The notes: generated by a model from the letters alone, not told the origin. A DNA stretch of 33,433 nucleotides from a virus (IMGVR_UViG_3300021086_000015:1-33433), one strand, 5' to 3'. Positions 1 through 8,000 are shown, counted from the first letter of the stretch. Program-made: numbers and translations.

Positions 1-2
1 AT

Positions 3-23
3 TTCCGGGATCCGTTCCCGGAA
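3..23 (-). terminator. Hairpin downstream of the tRNA 3' fragment, likely the host tRNA terminator
   Basis: TTCCGGGA-N5-TCCCGGAA inverted repeat about 30 bp past the tRNA 3' end. Confidence 0.45.
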
Positions 24-54
24 GTATTCGAGCAGGTGAGATGGTGTTTTCGAA

Positions 55-101
55 GTGCGCCATCAGGGACTTGAACCCCGAACCCGCTGATTAAGAGTCA
101 G
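55..101 (-). tRNA. 3' half of tRNA-Lys(CTT), the prophage att core (fragment, not a full tRNA)
   Basis: Minus strand reads CTGACTCTTAATCAGCGGGTTCGGGGTTCAAGTCCCTGATGGCGCAC: anticodon arm with CTT, T-arm and acceptor 3' strand. D-arm and 5' acceptor strand are absent. Confidence 0.92.
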
Positions 102-172
102 GGGTTCGGGTGATACGCCACCTGTCGAAACTTCCGATTTTGCTGGTAGAGAACGATTTTCGCTTGGCATCG

Positions 173-218
173 GCTAGCCGATGCTAGCCTGGACTATGCT
201 ACAGACAACATACAGTCC
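173..218 (+). repeat. Candidate integrase arm-type/Xis binding repeats
   Basis: GCTAGCC at 173 and 183 (10-bp spacing) and TACAG twice (11-bp spacing), between the att core and int. Confidence 0.35.
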
Positions 219-235
219 AGGCAAGAGGGGAATCC

Positions 236-1429
236 ATGCCACCCAAGAAGCGCAGAGGCCGCCGCGGCGACGGCGCGTTCTACCAACGCCGATCCGACGA
301 CATGTGGATCGGCGCGTACATCTACGAAGACGAGTACGGCGAGAAGCACCGCGCCACGGTCTCCTCGGGCGACAAGGTGGTCGCGTGGGAGAAGTTCCGC
401 AAGTTGCGGACCGATATCGACAGTGGCACGTATACGCCGCAATCGAAGATGACCGTCGAGAAGTGGCTCGACTACTGGGTCGAGCAGATCATCAAACCCA
501 GCAGAGCACCCCGTACCTACACCAGTTATCGCGGCATCATCGACAATCAGATCGTGCCGAACGTCGGCAAGACGGTGCGTCTGCCGGTGCGCCCGACGTT
601 GATCCGCGCGAATCTGCGATGGGTCGGTGAGAAGTGGTCGCCGCGCACGGCCGAGCTGACGTACTCGGTGTGGTCCAGCGCCATGAAGGCCGCGAAGAAG
701 GAACTGAGCCTGAAGACCGATCCGACCGAGCACATCGACAAGCCGCGTAACGACGCGCGGACGGGGCAGGCGCTGTCTTCGGACCAGGCCCGGAAAGTGC
801 TGCAAACCTCGACCGCGACGAAGGATCGGATGGCCACCCGATGGGCGACCGCGTTCCTGCTCGGCGCCCGCCAGGGCGAATGCCTCGGCCTGGAACGGGA
901 TCGGGTCGACCTGAAGGAGCTGACAATCGATCTGTCGTGGCAACTGCAATCGCTGCCGACCAAGGAGGGATTCGCGCTGGATGATCCGGATCGGTTCGAC
1001 GCGCCGAAGGGATTCGAGCTGAAACCCATTCACCGGCGATTCGCACTGACCCGCCGGAAGGGACAGCGCCCGATCCTGCTGCCGCTGCCGGTGCCGTTGG
1101 CCGCGATCTTCAAGGTGTACATGGGCATTACGCCGCCGAACCCGTACGGGCTGATGTGGGTGTCCGAGGCCGGCACCCCGATTCCCGGGAAGTACGACAG
1201 CACAGCGTGGCACGAGGTGCTCGAGCGGGCCGGAGTGCCGAAGGTCCGGCTGCACGATGCTCGCCACACGACGGCGACCCTGCTGCTGGAGATGGGCGTG
1301 CCGGAGACGGTGCGCATGGCGATCATGGGACAGTCGCAGGTGGCGACGCAGCGCCGGTACGCGCACGTGGATCTGTCGATGGCGCGTGAGGCGTTGGGCA
1401 ACCTGGATGGCCTGCTCGAGCTGGCGTGA
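236..1429 (+). CDS. int: Tyrosine integrase
   Basis: N-terminal arm-binding-like region, SAM-like domain, catalytic GARQGE, LHDARH, MGQS, RYAH. Adjacent to att. Confidence 0.97.
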   Translation: MPPKKRRGRRGDGAFYQRRSDDMWIGAYIYEDEYGEKHRATVSSGDKVVAWEKFRKLRTDIDSGTYTPQSKMTVEKWLDYWVEQIIKPSRAPRTYTSYRGIIDNQIVPNVGKTVRLPVRPTLIRANLRWVGEKWSPRTAELTYSVWSSAMKAAKKELSLKTDPTEHIDKPRNDARTGQALSSDQARKVLQTSTATKDRMATRWATAFLLGARQGECLGLERDRVDLKELTIDLSWQLQSLPTKEGFALDDPDRFDAPKGFELKPIHRRFALTRRKGQRPILLPLPVPLAAIFKVYMGITPPNPYGLMWVSEAGTPIPGKYDSTAWHEVLERAGVPKVRLHDARHTTATLLLEMGVPETVRMAIMGQSQVATQRRYAHVDLSMAREALGNLDGLLELA

Positions 1430-1915
1430 CGGCCGCTGTTGGCTGCCAGCACTTCTCGGGCCGTGGTGCCCGAAAGTTGCTGTATATCCGATCATCTGCA
1501 ATTGCACCGGTGTCGCTACCGTGTGGCTAGGCCGTCCAGTTTGTGTCGGCCCGGCTCGTCGCGGGTGGATACCTTATTGCTAGTCATGGTCGAAATATCA
1601 AGGCTAGCCGCGGGTTTGCGCGGATCTGAAGACGTATGGTCTGCAAAATGGTCTCATCACAATACGGGCAAACCTCCGGCGGATTCCTGCCGTTGAACCT
1701 ACGATCGGAGATCCGGGGCTTCACGGCGCGCTTACGAAGGCAGGCGCACACGACGATTGAACATGTGCGGATCGGGATACCCAATGAAGGGCAACGGAAA
1801 ATTGATAAGCGACGACGGGGGTTCTGGGACACCAAGATTCGATCAATCGCGTGAGTCTGCGGAATCGTCGATGCCCCCGATGAAACGAAAGCCCTGGCGC
1901 GGAGTCCGCGCGGAG

Positions 1916-2209
1916 TCAGTGATCGTTGCCTCCCTGCGACTCGAGATGCGGCCGAGCGCGCTGCTGGAGGAATCTGTCCCGGGCATCATCGAGAAGCTTG
2001 CCGGGCTTGAAATTTAGCACTTCGCCGAGGGCGAAGAGCTGCTCGACTTTGATGCTCCGCTGGCCCTGGAATAGCCGATTGATCGTCACCCTGTGGAGGC
2101 CCGTAGCCTCGGCCACTTGATCTTGCGACAGATCCTCTCGGGCTGCTGCGGCGCGCACTTCTGCGGCCACGGCAGCGCGGAGGAGGTCCTCGTCTTCTGG
2201 TTTTGCCAT
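1916..2209 (-). CDS. Immunity repressor (Xre/cI-like HTH)
   Basis: LSQDQVAEATGLHRVTINRLFQGQRSI HTH, divergent from the Cro-like gene. Confidence 0.88.
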   Translation of the reverse strand: MAKPEDEDLLRAAVAAEVRAAAAREDLSQDQVAEATGLHRVTINRLFQGQRSIKVEQLFALGEVLNFKPGKLLDDARDRFLQQRARPHLESQGGNDH

Positions 2210-2216
2210 GCGGCGA

Positions 2217-2222
2217 ATGCTA
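2217..2222 (-). promoter_or_regulatory. -10 element of the repressor promoter (leaderless mRNA)
   Basis: TAGCAT 7 nt before the ATG, no Shine-Dalgarno. Confidence 0.6.
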
Positions 2223-2223
2223 G

Positions 2224-2315
2224 CAGGCCGATCGGTTACTTGGTGAAACCGTACGGTGTCTACGTATCGGCTTGACCTGTAACCGTTCGGATACTATTGT
2301 TTGCCGTATGGTTAC
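2224..2315. promoter_or_regulatory. Four 16-bp operator-like imperfect palindromes (consensus GTAACCG-N2-CGGTTAC)
   Basis: 2224 CAGGCCGATCGGTTAC; 2245 GAAACCGTACGGTGTC; 2279 GTAACCGTTCGGATAC; 2300 TTTGCCGTATGGTTAC. Confidence 0.75.
2272..2300 (+). promoter_or_regulatory. SigA-type early lytic promoter
   Basis: TTGACC-17 bp-TATTGT, 7 nt upstream of ATG 2308 (leaderless). Confidence 0.75.
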
Positions 2316-2541
2316 ACCGAACAGCACCGTCGCCGGTCGAGTTCGAGAAGCTGTGGAAGCGGCGAACGTCTCGCAGCGAACGCTCGCCGAGCACACGGGA
2401 ATCCCTGGCGTCACATTGACCAGGCGTCTCATGGGTAGAAGCAGCTTCAAGGCCGACGAGCTTATTGCCATCGCTCTGCATCTCGACGTCGATCCGGCGT
2501 CATTCTTCGCGGACTTCGCCAAGGTTGGGGTCGGGTCATGA
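2308..2541 (+). CDS. Cro-like HTH protein
   Basis: VSQRTLAEHTGIPGVTLTRRLMGRSSF HTH. Start moved to ATG 2308, just after the promoter. Confidence 0.85.
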   Translation: MVTPNSTVAGRVREAVEAANVSQRTLAEHTGIPGVTLTRRLMGRSSFKADELIAIALHLDVDPASFFADFAKVGVGS

Positions 2542-2741
2542 GCATCCCCCTCCGGAACCAACGACTCCGTTACACGAAAGCCGAAGCGGCGGAGCAGCTC
2601 TCGATCTCCGTCCGGACTCTCGACAAGCTGCGTGAGCGCGGTGAGCTGATCGGCAGGGTGGACGGCGGCCGGATCTTCTTCGACCGTTCCGAACTGGAGA
2701 GCTACGCGCGATCCCGCCCGGCGGCAGGGAGCGACGAATGA
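2538..2741 (+). CDS. Excisionase-like HTH protein
   Basis: YTKAEAAEQLSISVRTLDKLRERGEL...GGRIFFDRSELESY (MerR/AlpA-type winged HTH). Confidence 0.8.
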   Translation: MSIPLRNQRLRYTKAEAAEQLSISVRTLDKLRERGELIGRVDGGRIFFDRSELESYARSRPAAGSDE

Positions 2742-3157
2742 GCGCCGCAAGCCTCGACACGATCCACTTCCACGGCGACGAGCAGCTCCCCGGAGACATT
2801 GCGGTCTACGCCGCGGCTGATCAGCACGGCGAGACGCTGTACGTCGGCCAGACCAACGACCTGCGCAGGCGACTGGGCGAGCATCGGCGACGCTCGCTGT
2901 GGTGGAAGCGCGCCGCACGAGTGGAAGTGGTCGGCGCATACGCCGACCGAGCAGACGCGCTCGACTGTGAACACTTCGTCATCAAGGCGTGCCATCCGAA
3001 ATACAACCTCGTGCACGGACATCGGGATGCGGCAGCGATAAGCCTCGCGCTTGAGCGGCTGTGTGACGTGCACGGCGTCAAAACGCTCGACGAGATGGCC
3101 GATTTGGCAAACGCCGCTGGCCTCACCGCTGACGAACTCGTACGGAGGCCAGTATGA
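2738..3157 (+). CDS. GIY-YIG nuclease domain protein
   Basis: AVY...LYVGQTNDLRRRLGEH...E..VIKACHPKYN. Confidence 0.8.
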   Translation: MSAASLDTIHFHGDEQLPGDIAVYAAADQHGETLYVGQTNDLRRRLGEHRRRSLWWKRAARVEVVGAYADRADALDCEHFVIKACHPKYNLVHGHRDAAAISLALERLCDVHGVKTLDEMADLANAAGLTADELVRRPV

Positions 3158-3852
3158 GCACCGACCAGAGTGCCCAGGTTTTCCACAACGGCGAGTTCGA
3201 GCTGCCGCTCATCTCCGACGAATCCGGTAGCTTCCGGGTGTACGCGCCGCTGCTGGCGAAGCAGCTCGGTTATCGGGATGCGCTGAACATGGTGCGTCAT
3301 CTCGAAGACGACGAGAAAGTGCAGGTCAAGGGATACTCAGGTTTGAGTACCCCCTCTGACCTGGGCGTTTGGTACATCACGGAGCCCGGCTTCTACAAGA
3401 TCGTCGGTCAGCGGAACATCAACCTGATCCGCGATCCCAAGATCAAGGCTGCGGTGTACCGGTTTCAGCGCTGGGTCTTCCATCACGTCGTTCCCGAGAT
3501 GGTGCGCGCCGGTCAGGCGATCGGGCCGGAGCCGGGCTGCGTGTGGACGTGGGATGAGGTGGCTTCGCAGATCCGGCAGCGGTATGGCCTGGACTACAAG
3601 CCGACCCAGATCACGATGGGTTTGCGCGCCTCGGGATGGCTGAAGGCGAGCACCTGCACTCCGAAGCATGAGTACCGGAATCACTTCTGGCACACCGGCA
3701 CAGCGTTTCTGTTGTATCCGCATGTGCTGCCGGAGTTAGTCGCCGATCTGGTGGGCACGATGCGCGATATCGGCGAGCCACAGGCGCAGCAATACCAGCT
3801 GACGATTTTTGCCGAGCAGGATCTGAAGGTCATCGAGGGCGGCGCATCATGA
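3154..3852 (+). CDS. BRO-N domain antirepressor-like protein
   Basis: LAKQLGYRDALNMVRHLEDDEK, ITEPGFYKIV, FQRWVFHHVVP. Confidence 0.85.
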   Translation: MSTDQSAQVFHNGEFELPLISDESGSFRVYAPLLAKQLGYRDALNMVRHLEDDEKVQVKGYSGLSTPSDLGVWYITEPGFYKIVGQRNINLIRDPKIKAAVYRFQRWVFHHVVPEMVRAGQAIGPEPGCVWTWDEVASQIRQRYGLDYKPTQITMGLRASGWLKASTCTPKHEYRNHFWHTGTAFLLYPHVLPELVADLVGTMRDIGEPQAQQYQLTIFAEQDLKVIEGGAS

Positions 3853-3887
3853 TCGGCTTCTACATCTTCCTCGGGAGGGCGGCATGA
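3849..3887 (+). CDS. 12-aa micro-ORF MIGFYIFLGRAA
   Basis: ATGA overlaps with both flanking genes. Confidence 0.4.
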   Translation: MIGFYIFLGRAA

Positions 3888-4093
3888 GCATCCCCTGCAA
3901 GTACAAGGACGGCAGCGGTGTGTCGCCTGCCGACGCCGACGCCATCATGCGGGCACTGGGTTTCGCCTCGGCCATGCACGCCGAGGACGTCATCGGCGCG
4001 GCCGAGAAGCGCCGCAAGGAACGGAAGCAGGCGAAAGCAGCGGCGCACGACGCGGGTATCGCTGGCATTGGGCGCCCGGTGATGACGCCGTGA
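3884..4093 (+). CDS. Hypothetical phage protein
   Basis: GGGAGG RBS, coupled overlaps. Confidence 0.65.
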   Translation: MSIPCKYKDGSGVSPADADAIMRALGFASAMHAEDVIGAAEKRRKERKQAKAAAHDAGIAGIGRPVMTP

Positions 4094-4245
4094 ATATCCA
4101 TCTCCCGCACCACATCCCGCACCTGCACATCGACCTTGAGACGCGCGGTCTCATCTGGACTCTCGTCGGTCCCGCGCTGTGCATGCTCGCCGCGCTCGCG
4201 CTGATGTACGCCCTCACGGTCACGATGGGGGTGCCTGTCCCGTGA
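4090..4245 (+). CDS. Small membrane protein (51 aa, not in ORF track)
   Basis: MNIHLPHHIPHLHIDLETRGLIWTLVGPALCMLAALALMYALTVTMGVPVP, GTGA overlaps at both ends. Confidence 0.6.
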   Translation: MNIHLPHHIPHLHIDLETRGLIWTLVGPALCMLAALALMYALTVTMGVPVP

Positions 4246-4610
4246 TCGGTATCGCTATCGACCTGATCGCCTGCGCCGCCGCGGCCACCAGCATCCTGTA
4301 CGCCCACATCTCCGGCGTCCACTCCCAGCGCAGCGGCCAGAACGCCATGGACGCCGCCGCATTCAGCCGCCGCGACGCCGAGCAGGCAGCAGCCGATCCG
4401 GCCCCGCTCGAGGTAGACCGTGGCACTGTCGCTCCCGCTCGCCGTCTGGCCGTGGTCCGGGCGTTGCATACCGATTCCGACGAAGCCCGCGAGCGGCTCG
4501 TCGACGGCGCTCGCCAGCGCCACCCCCAGATGTCCCCTCAGGCCGAGGGGATGGCGACGCCCGGCGCGGCTGTAGCTGTCGACGCGCCGGGCGTCGTGTC
4601 CAAGCCCTGA
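4242..4610 (+). CDS. Hypothetical protein with N-terminal hydrophobic segment
   Basis: GTG start overlapping the previous stop; IGIAIDLIACAAAATSILY. Confidence 0.6.
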   Translation: MIGIAIDLIACAAAATSILYAHISGVHSQRSGQNAMDAAAFSRRDAEQAAADPAPLEVDRGTVAPARRLAVVRALHTDSDEARERLVDGARQRHPQMSPQAEGMATPGAAVAVDAPGVVSKP

Positions 4611-4619
4611 ACACACCAC

Positions 4620-4648
4620 GGCCCGGCGAGCGCCTAACTCGCCGGGCC
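4620..4648 (+). terminator. 11-bp perfect stem-loop in an intergenic gap
   Basis: GGCCCGGCGAG-N7-CTCGCCGGGCC, no U-tract. Confidence 0.5.
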
Positions 4649-4678
4649 AGTCCTCCAGAACCGAGAGCGAGTCTACCA

Positions 4679-4867
4679 ATGGGAAAACATTCCAACCGCA
4701 CCACGCATCAGGCGGGGCAGTGGCGCGACACCGTCGCCGCAATCCTGTCGCGCGTCCGGCTGTCCGGCACGGAGGCACCCCTGCCGCCCGCGCTCGCTGC
4801 GCCGGACGAGTGGATCTCGCACGACGAGTGGGCGCACCAGCACGCCGGGAAGGCCGGTGCGCGATGA
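4679..4867 (+). CDS. Hypothetical phage protein
   Basis: MGKHS start, ATGA coupling to the next gene. Confidence 0.6.
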   Translation: MGKHSNRTTHQAGQWRDTVAAILSRVRLSGTEAPLPPALAAPDEWISHDEWAHQHAGKAGAR

Positions 4868-5181
4868 GCCTTCTTCCGTCGTTCGCGTCCCTGACTGGAC
4901 TCCATTTCGAGGCCTCCGATATCGATGTCGGCTGGCACGAGAGCTCTCCGGAGGCCGGCACTTACGTGCTGGAGCTCAGCCGCAACGTGACCCTGTACTT
5001 GATCCCCGCCGATGCCCTTGAGCTGATCACCAAGCTGGCCATGGCCATGCTCGGCCGCGGCGAAACGATCGGTGCCGCGCAGCTCGCTATCGAGGAGGCG
5101 AAGGCGCGCGTCGAGGCGGTGGCCGCCGAGCAGCGCCAGTGGGACGAGCTCGGCGCGGACGCCAAGGCGGTGCGGGCATGA
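4864..5181 (+). CDS. Hypothetical phage protein
   Basis: Start at MSLLPSF via ATGA overlap. Confidence 0.65.
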   Translation: MSLLPSFASLTGLHFEASDIDVGWHESSPEAGTYVLELSRNVTLYLIPADALELITKLAMAMLGRGETIGAAQLAIEEAKARVEAVAAEQRQWDELGADAKAVRA

Positions 5182-5426
5182 CCACCTACACCGATCCCGA
5201 GTCCGGCGCCACGATCAACCATCAGCGCGTGCGGCGCTACATCGAAACCGTGTCCCTCTGCGGTGCTGACGTACTCGGCGGCGAGATCTACCTCAACGAT
5301 CTGCGGCATTTCGTCGAGCACACAGCGCACATCCCCAGGCATGCCGTGGTGACGGCTCGCGAGGACGAGATCGAAGTCAATTACGCCATCGGCGAGGACC
5401 TCGACGCCCAGGAGGGCCAGCAGTGA
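5178..5426 (+). CDS. Hypothetical phage protein
   Basis: Start at MTTYTDP via ATGA overlap. Confidence 0.65.
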   Translation: MTTYTDPESGATINHQRVRRYIETVSLCGADVLGGEIYLNDLRHFVEHTAHIPRHAVVTAREDEIEVNYAIGEDLDAQEGQQ

Positions 5427-5629
5427 TCCTCATTCCCTGCAGGCCGTGCCAGGGCACCGGGCGCCGCGGGCATTGCCAGCCGTGCATGGACTGCGGCGGC
5501 GTGGCCGTCGTGGCCGACGTGCCCGCGGCCGGACTCTGGTGGCCCGGACCGTTCGAGGAACCGACCGTCACCGACGAGATCGATGTCGTCTGCGACCGCG
5601 AGCGTGACGCACAGATCGGGGTCTGCTGA
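5423..5629 (+). CDS. Small Cys-rich zinc-finger protein
   Basis: CRPCQGTG...CMDCGG (DnaJ-like CxxCxGxG). Confidence 0.55.
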   Translation: MILIPCRPCQGTGRRGHCQPCMDCGGVAVVADVPAAGLWWPGPFEEPTVTDEIDVVCDRERDAQIGVC

Positions 5630-5922
5630 TGGCCACCACCCCCGGCGCGGCCACACTGCAGTTCGCCGCCAACCTGCGCGCCGCGCGCCGCGTGCTGGGC
5701 CTCACGCAATCCGACGTCGCGGGGCGCATGCGGAACCAGGGTTTCCCCTGGACGCAAGGGTCGGTTGCCCAGATCGAATCCGGGCATCGTGAAGTGCGTC
5801 TCGCCGAGGGGGAGGCCGTCTCGCTGATCCTCTGCGTCCCGTTCGACCGGATGCTGACCGAACCCGCGCGGCAGGTCGCACGCATCGCGAAGGAGAACAT
5901 GCGGACGGGGGCGATGCGGTGA
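5629..5922 (+). CDS. Xre-family HTH DNA-binding protein
   Basis: NLRAARRVLGLTQSDVA...SVAQIESGHREVRLAE. Confidence 0.85.
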   Translation: MATTPGAATLQFAANLRAARRVLGLTQSDVAGRMRNQGFPWTQGSVAQIESGHREVRLAEGEAVSLILCVPFDRMLTEPARQVARIAKENMRTGAMR

Positions 5923-6755
5923 GCGTCGAGGTGATCGAGTCGCAGTCGATCGAGCTGCTGCCTCCTGATGTGTCGACCGAAGTGTCGGCGCTGGACACGC
6001 TCGACCAGGAGTCGCAGGCCCGTGCGGTGACAGCGCTGCTCTCACATTCTCGGACCGGTCTGCTCGCGGCCATTGCGGCACAAGACCTTCCCGGCGTTGT
6101 CGAGTACAAGGCCAAGGCCGCCGCGATCCAGGAGATCACCAAACAGTTGCGCCTCGGCAAGGAGTTGCAGCTCGACGCGGCGGAGTTCGTGCGCCGGGCT
6201 GAGCGCGGGATCGGAGTGGCAATCCGGCAGGGGCAGGCGAACGGCGACATCGCAGCAAAAGGTGAATCGCGGGGGCCGCAATCCGATTACATGCGGAACG
6301 GGAAGGTTGTGCATGTAGACCCTCTTCCAGACGAGAAGAAGGTCTCGCCCGCACGGTTTTTTTCTGGTGGCGGCGAGACGCATGAGGTCTACGCGTTGAC
6401 CGACAACGTCTCTGATGCCGCGTTCGAGGAGGCGCTTGCCGAGGCGAAGGCCGAGGGGAATCTCTCCCGCGCCAACGTGGCCCGGAAGGCGAAAGCGAAA
6501 GCGGCGCAACCAAAGCCCAAGCCCCAGCCGGAGCCTGCGCCGCCGCTGCTTCCCGGGAAGAAACCCAAAGGGCCGAAGGCGAATTCGACCGAGATGCTCG
6601 AAAACATCGAGGGGATGCTCGGCGCGATCGTCCAGACCTGCCAGTACATCAACCCGGCGGATATCGACCCGGCGAAAGGTGCCGCGCTGGTGCGCGCCGT
6701 TTACAGCCACGTCGCGAATATCCGCAGGACCATGAAAGAGATCACGAATGCCTAA
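5919..6755 (+). CDS. Hypothetical helical protein, upstream partner of the ParB-like gene
   Basis: 278 aa with DAAEFVRRAERGIG helical motif and a Pro/Lys linker; overlaps the next gene. Confidence 0.8.
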   Translation: MSVEVIESQSIELLPPDVSTEVSALDTLDQESQARAVTALLSHSRTGLLAAIAAQDLPGVVEYKAKAAAIQEITKQLRLGKELQLDAAEFVRRAERGIGVAIRQGQANGDIAAKGESRGPQSDYMRNGKVVHVDPLPDEKKVSPARFFSGGGETHEVYALTDNVSDAAFEEALAEAKAEGNLSRANVARKAKAKAAQPKPKPQPEPAPPLLPGKKPKGPKANSTEMLENIEGMLGAIVQTCQYINPADIDPAKGAALVRAVYSHVANIRRTMKEITNA

Positions 6756-7566
6756 GCCCCAGAGTGGAAACCAGCGCATCGAGGTCACGAGCCATCTGCG
6801 CTGGGTTCGCCTCGATCAGATGAAGGTCAACCCCCAGGCACAACGCGCACTGACCCAGTCATGGGCCGATGAACTCGCGCGAGACTTCGACCCCGACCGG
6901 ATGGGTTTCATTCACGTCAGTTTCCGCGATGGCTGGTACTACATCATCGACGGCCAGCACCGCCGCGCCGCGGCTATCGCCTTCCTCGGTTCGGATCAGC
7001 AGGTCCAATGCCACGTCTATGAGGGTCTGACCACCGAGCAAGAAGCTCAACTGTTCCTCGACCTGAACCGGCAGAAGCAACAGAATGCGATGTCGAAGTA
7101 CAAGGTCGCGCTCACCGCTGGGTTGCCGGTGGAGTCCGACATCAACCGGATCGCGCAGGCGTTGAACCTGAAGATCGGTTCGTCCGCGCAGCTCGAGGAG
7201 ATCACCTGCGTTTCAGCGCTTCTCACTGCCTACAAGAAGCGGGGACCGGGCCCGTTGTCGTTCTCGCTACGGGTGATCCGGGATGCGTTCGGATACGACG
7301 GGTTCAAGCGTGAGGTAATCAACGGACTGACCCTCGTTGTGGACCGCTACGGCACGCAGGTGAACGAGGAACAGCTCGTCAATCGGCTCAAAACCCACAG
7401 CTTGGTCACGCTGCACCGCCGGGGCAAGGCGCTGCGGGAGTCGACCGGCAGCGCGGCTGAGCAGTGCTACGCGTGCGCGGTCATCGAGGCATATAACGGC
7501 ACCCGGGGCGGCCATCGTTTGCAACCGTGGTGGAACTTCCAATCCGGCGGGTCGGTGGTCGTCTGA
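6748..7566 (+). CDS. ParB/Srx-fold protein with DGQHR motif (DUF6551-like)
   Basis: QAQR...FDPDRMGFIHVS...YYIIDGQHRRAA...EQEAQLFLDLN. Confidence 0.8.
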   Translation: MPKPQSGNQRIEVTSHLRWVRLDQMKVNPQAQRALTQSWADELARDFDPDRMGFIHVSFRDGWYYIIDGQHRRAAAIAFLGSDQQVQCHVYEGLTTEQEAQLFLDLNRQKQQNAMSKYKVALTAGLPVESDINRIAQALNLKIGSSAQLEEITCVSALLTAYKKRGPGPLSFSLRVIRDAFGYDGFKREVINGLTLVVDRYGTQVNEEQLVNRLKTHSLVTLHRRGKALRESTGSAAEQCYACAVIEAYNGTRGGHRLQPWWNFQSGGSVVV

Positions 7567-8000
7567 TGGGCGCATCCGAAACCGACGTGGACGCCGGGAA
7601 AATCGACCCCGCCACCGCTGCTGCGGCGCGGCGCACCGTGGCCCGGCTCGCGGCGCGGCAGGACGGCACGCTCGCCGAGCAGGCCGCCATGGCGAGCGAG
7701 CTGTTCGACATGCTCGGCATCCGAGGGCCGGTTCCCGAGGTGACCGCCGAGCCGGAGCCCGAACCTTGCGAGCCCATGAATCGGCCCAAGGCCGAGCAGC
7801 ATGTTTCGGTCGAGCACCTGCAGATGGTTGTCGAGCGGATCCGGATGGCGACGGGCTGGAGCCGGGAGGAGATCGCCCGGCGAGCCGAGATCAGCGGTAG
7901 CACTCTGGCCTCGGCGTGCGCGCCTAGCAGCACACGGCAGTTCGTGCGGCAGTCCATGTACTCCGCGGTGGTCCGGCTGGCCGAGGAGCTGAGCGCTTGA
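7566..8000 (+). CDS. Hypothetical protein with C-terminal HTH
   Basis: TGWSREEIARRAEISGSTL. Confidence 0.65.
   Translation: MGASETDVDAGKIDPATAAAARRTVARLAARQDGTLAEQAAMASELFDMLGIRGPVPEVTAEPEPEPCEPMNRPKAEQHVSVEHLQMVVERIRMATGWSREEIARRAEISGSTLASACAPSSTRQFVRQSMYSAVVRLAEELSA

Noticed and set aside
55-130. Complete tRNA-Lys gene
   Set aside because: Only the anticodon arm to the 3' end is present; the D-arm and 5' acceptor strand are replaced by phage sequence
125-135. 11-mer TCGAAACTTCC repeated at 28227
   Set aside because: A single short match in unrelated contexts, compatible with chance
1310-1345. Integrase inactivation because of MGQS instead of LGHS
   Set aside because: This position varies among tyrosine recombinases; R, HxxR and Y are intact and the ORF is full length
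194-1507. 437-aa antisense ORF over the integrase (and similar long minus-strand ORFs at 22120-23805, 24077-25720, 25545-27122)
   Set aside because: Shadow ORFs expected opposite high-GC3 genes; no recognisable motifs
1757-1772. Possible second SOS box (TTGAACATGTGCGGAT)
   Set aside because: The right half-site is too degenerate and there is no clear downstream gene
1916-2209. Integration-dependent immunity (attP inside the repressor gene)
   Set aside because: The att core is 1.8 kb away, beyond the integrase, not within the repressor
6748-7566. DndB / phosphorothioation system
   Set aside because: DGQHR motif only; no dndACDE or ssp genes in the window
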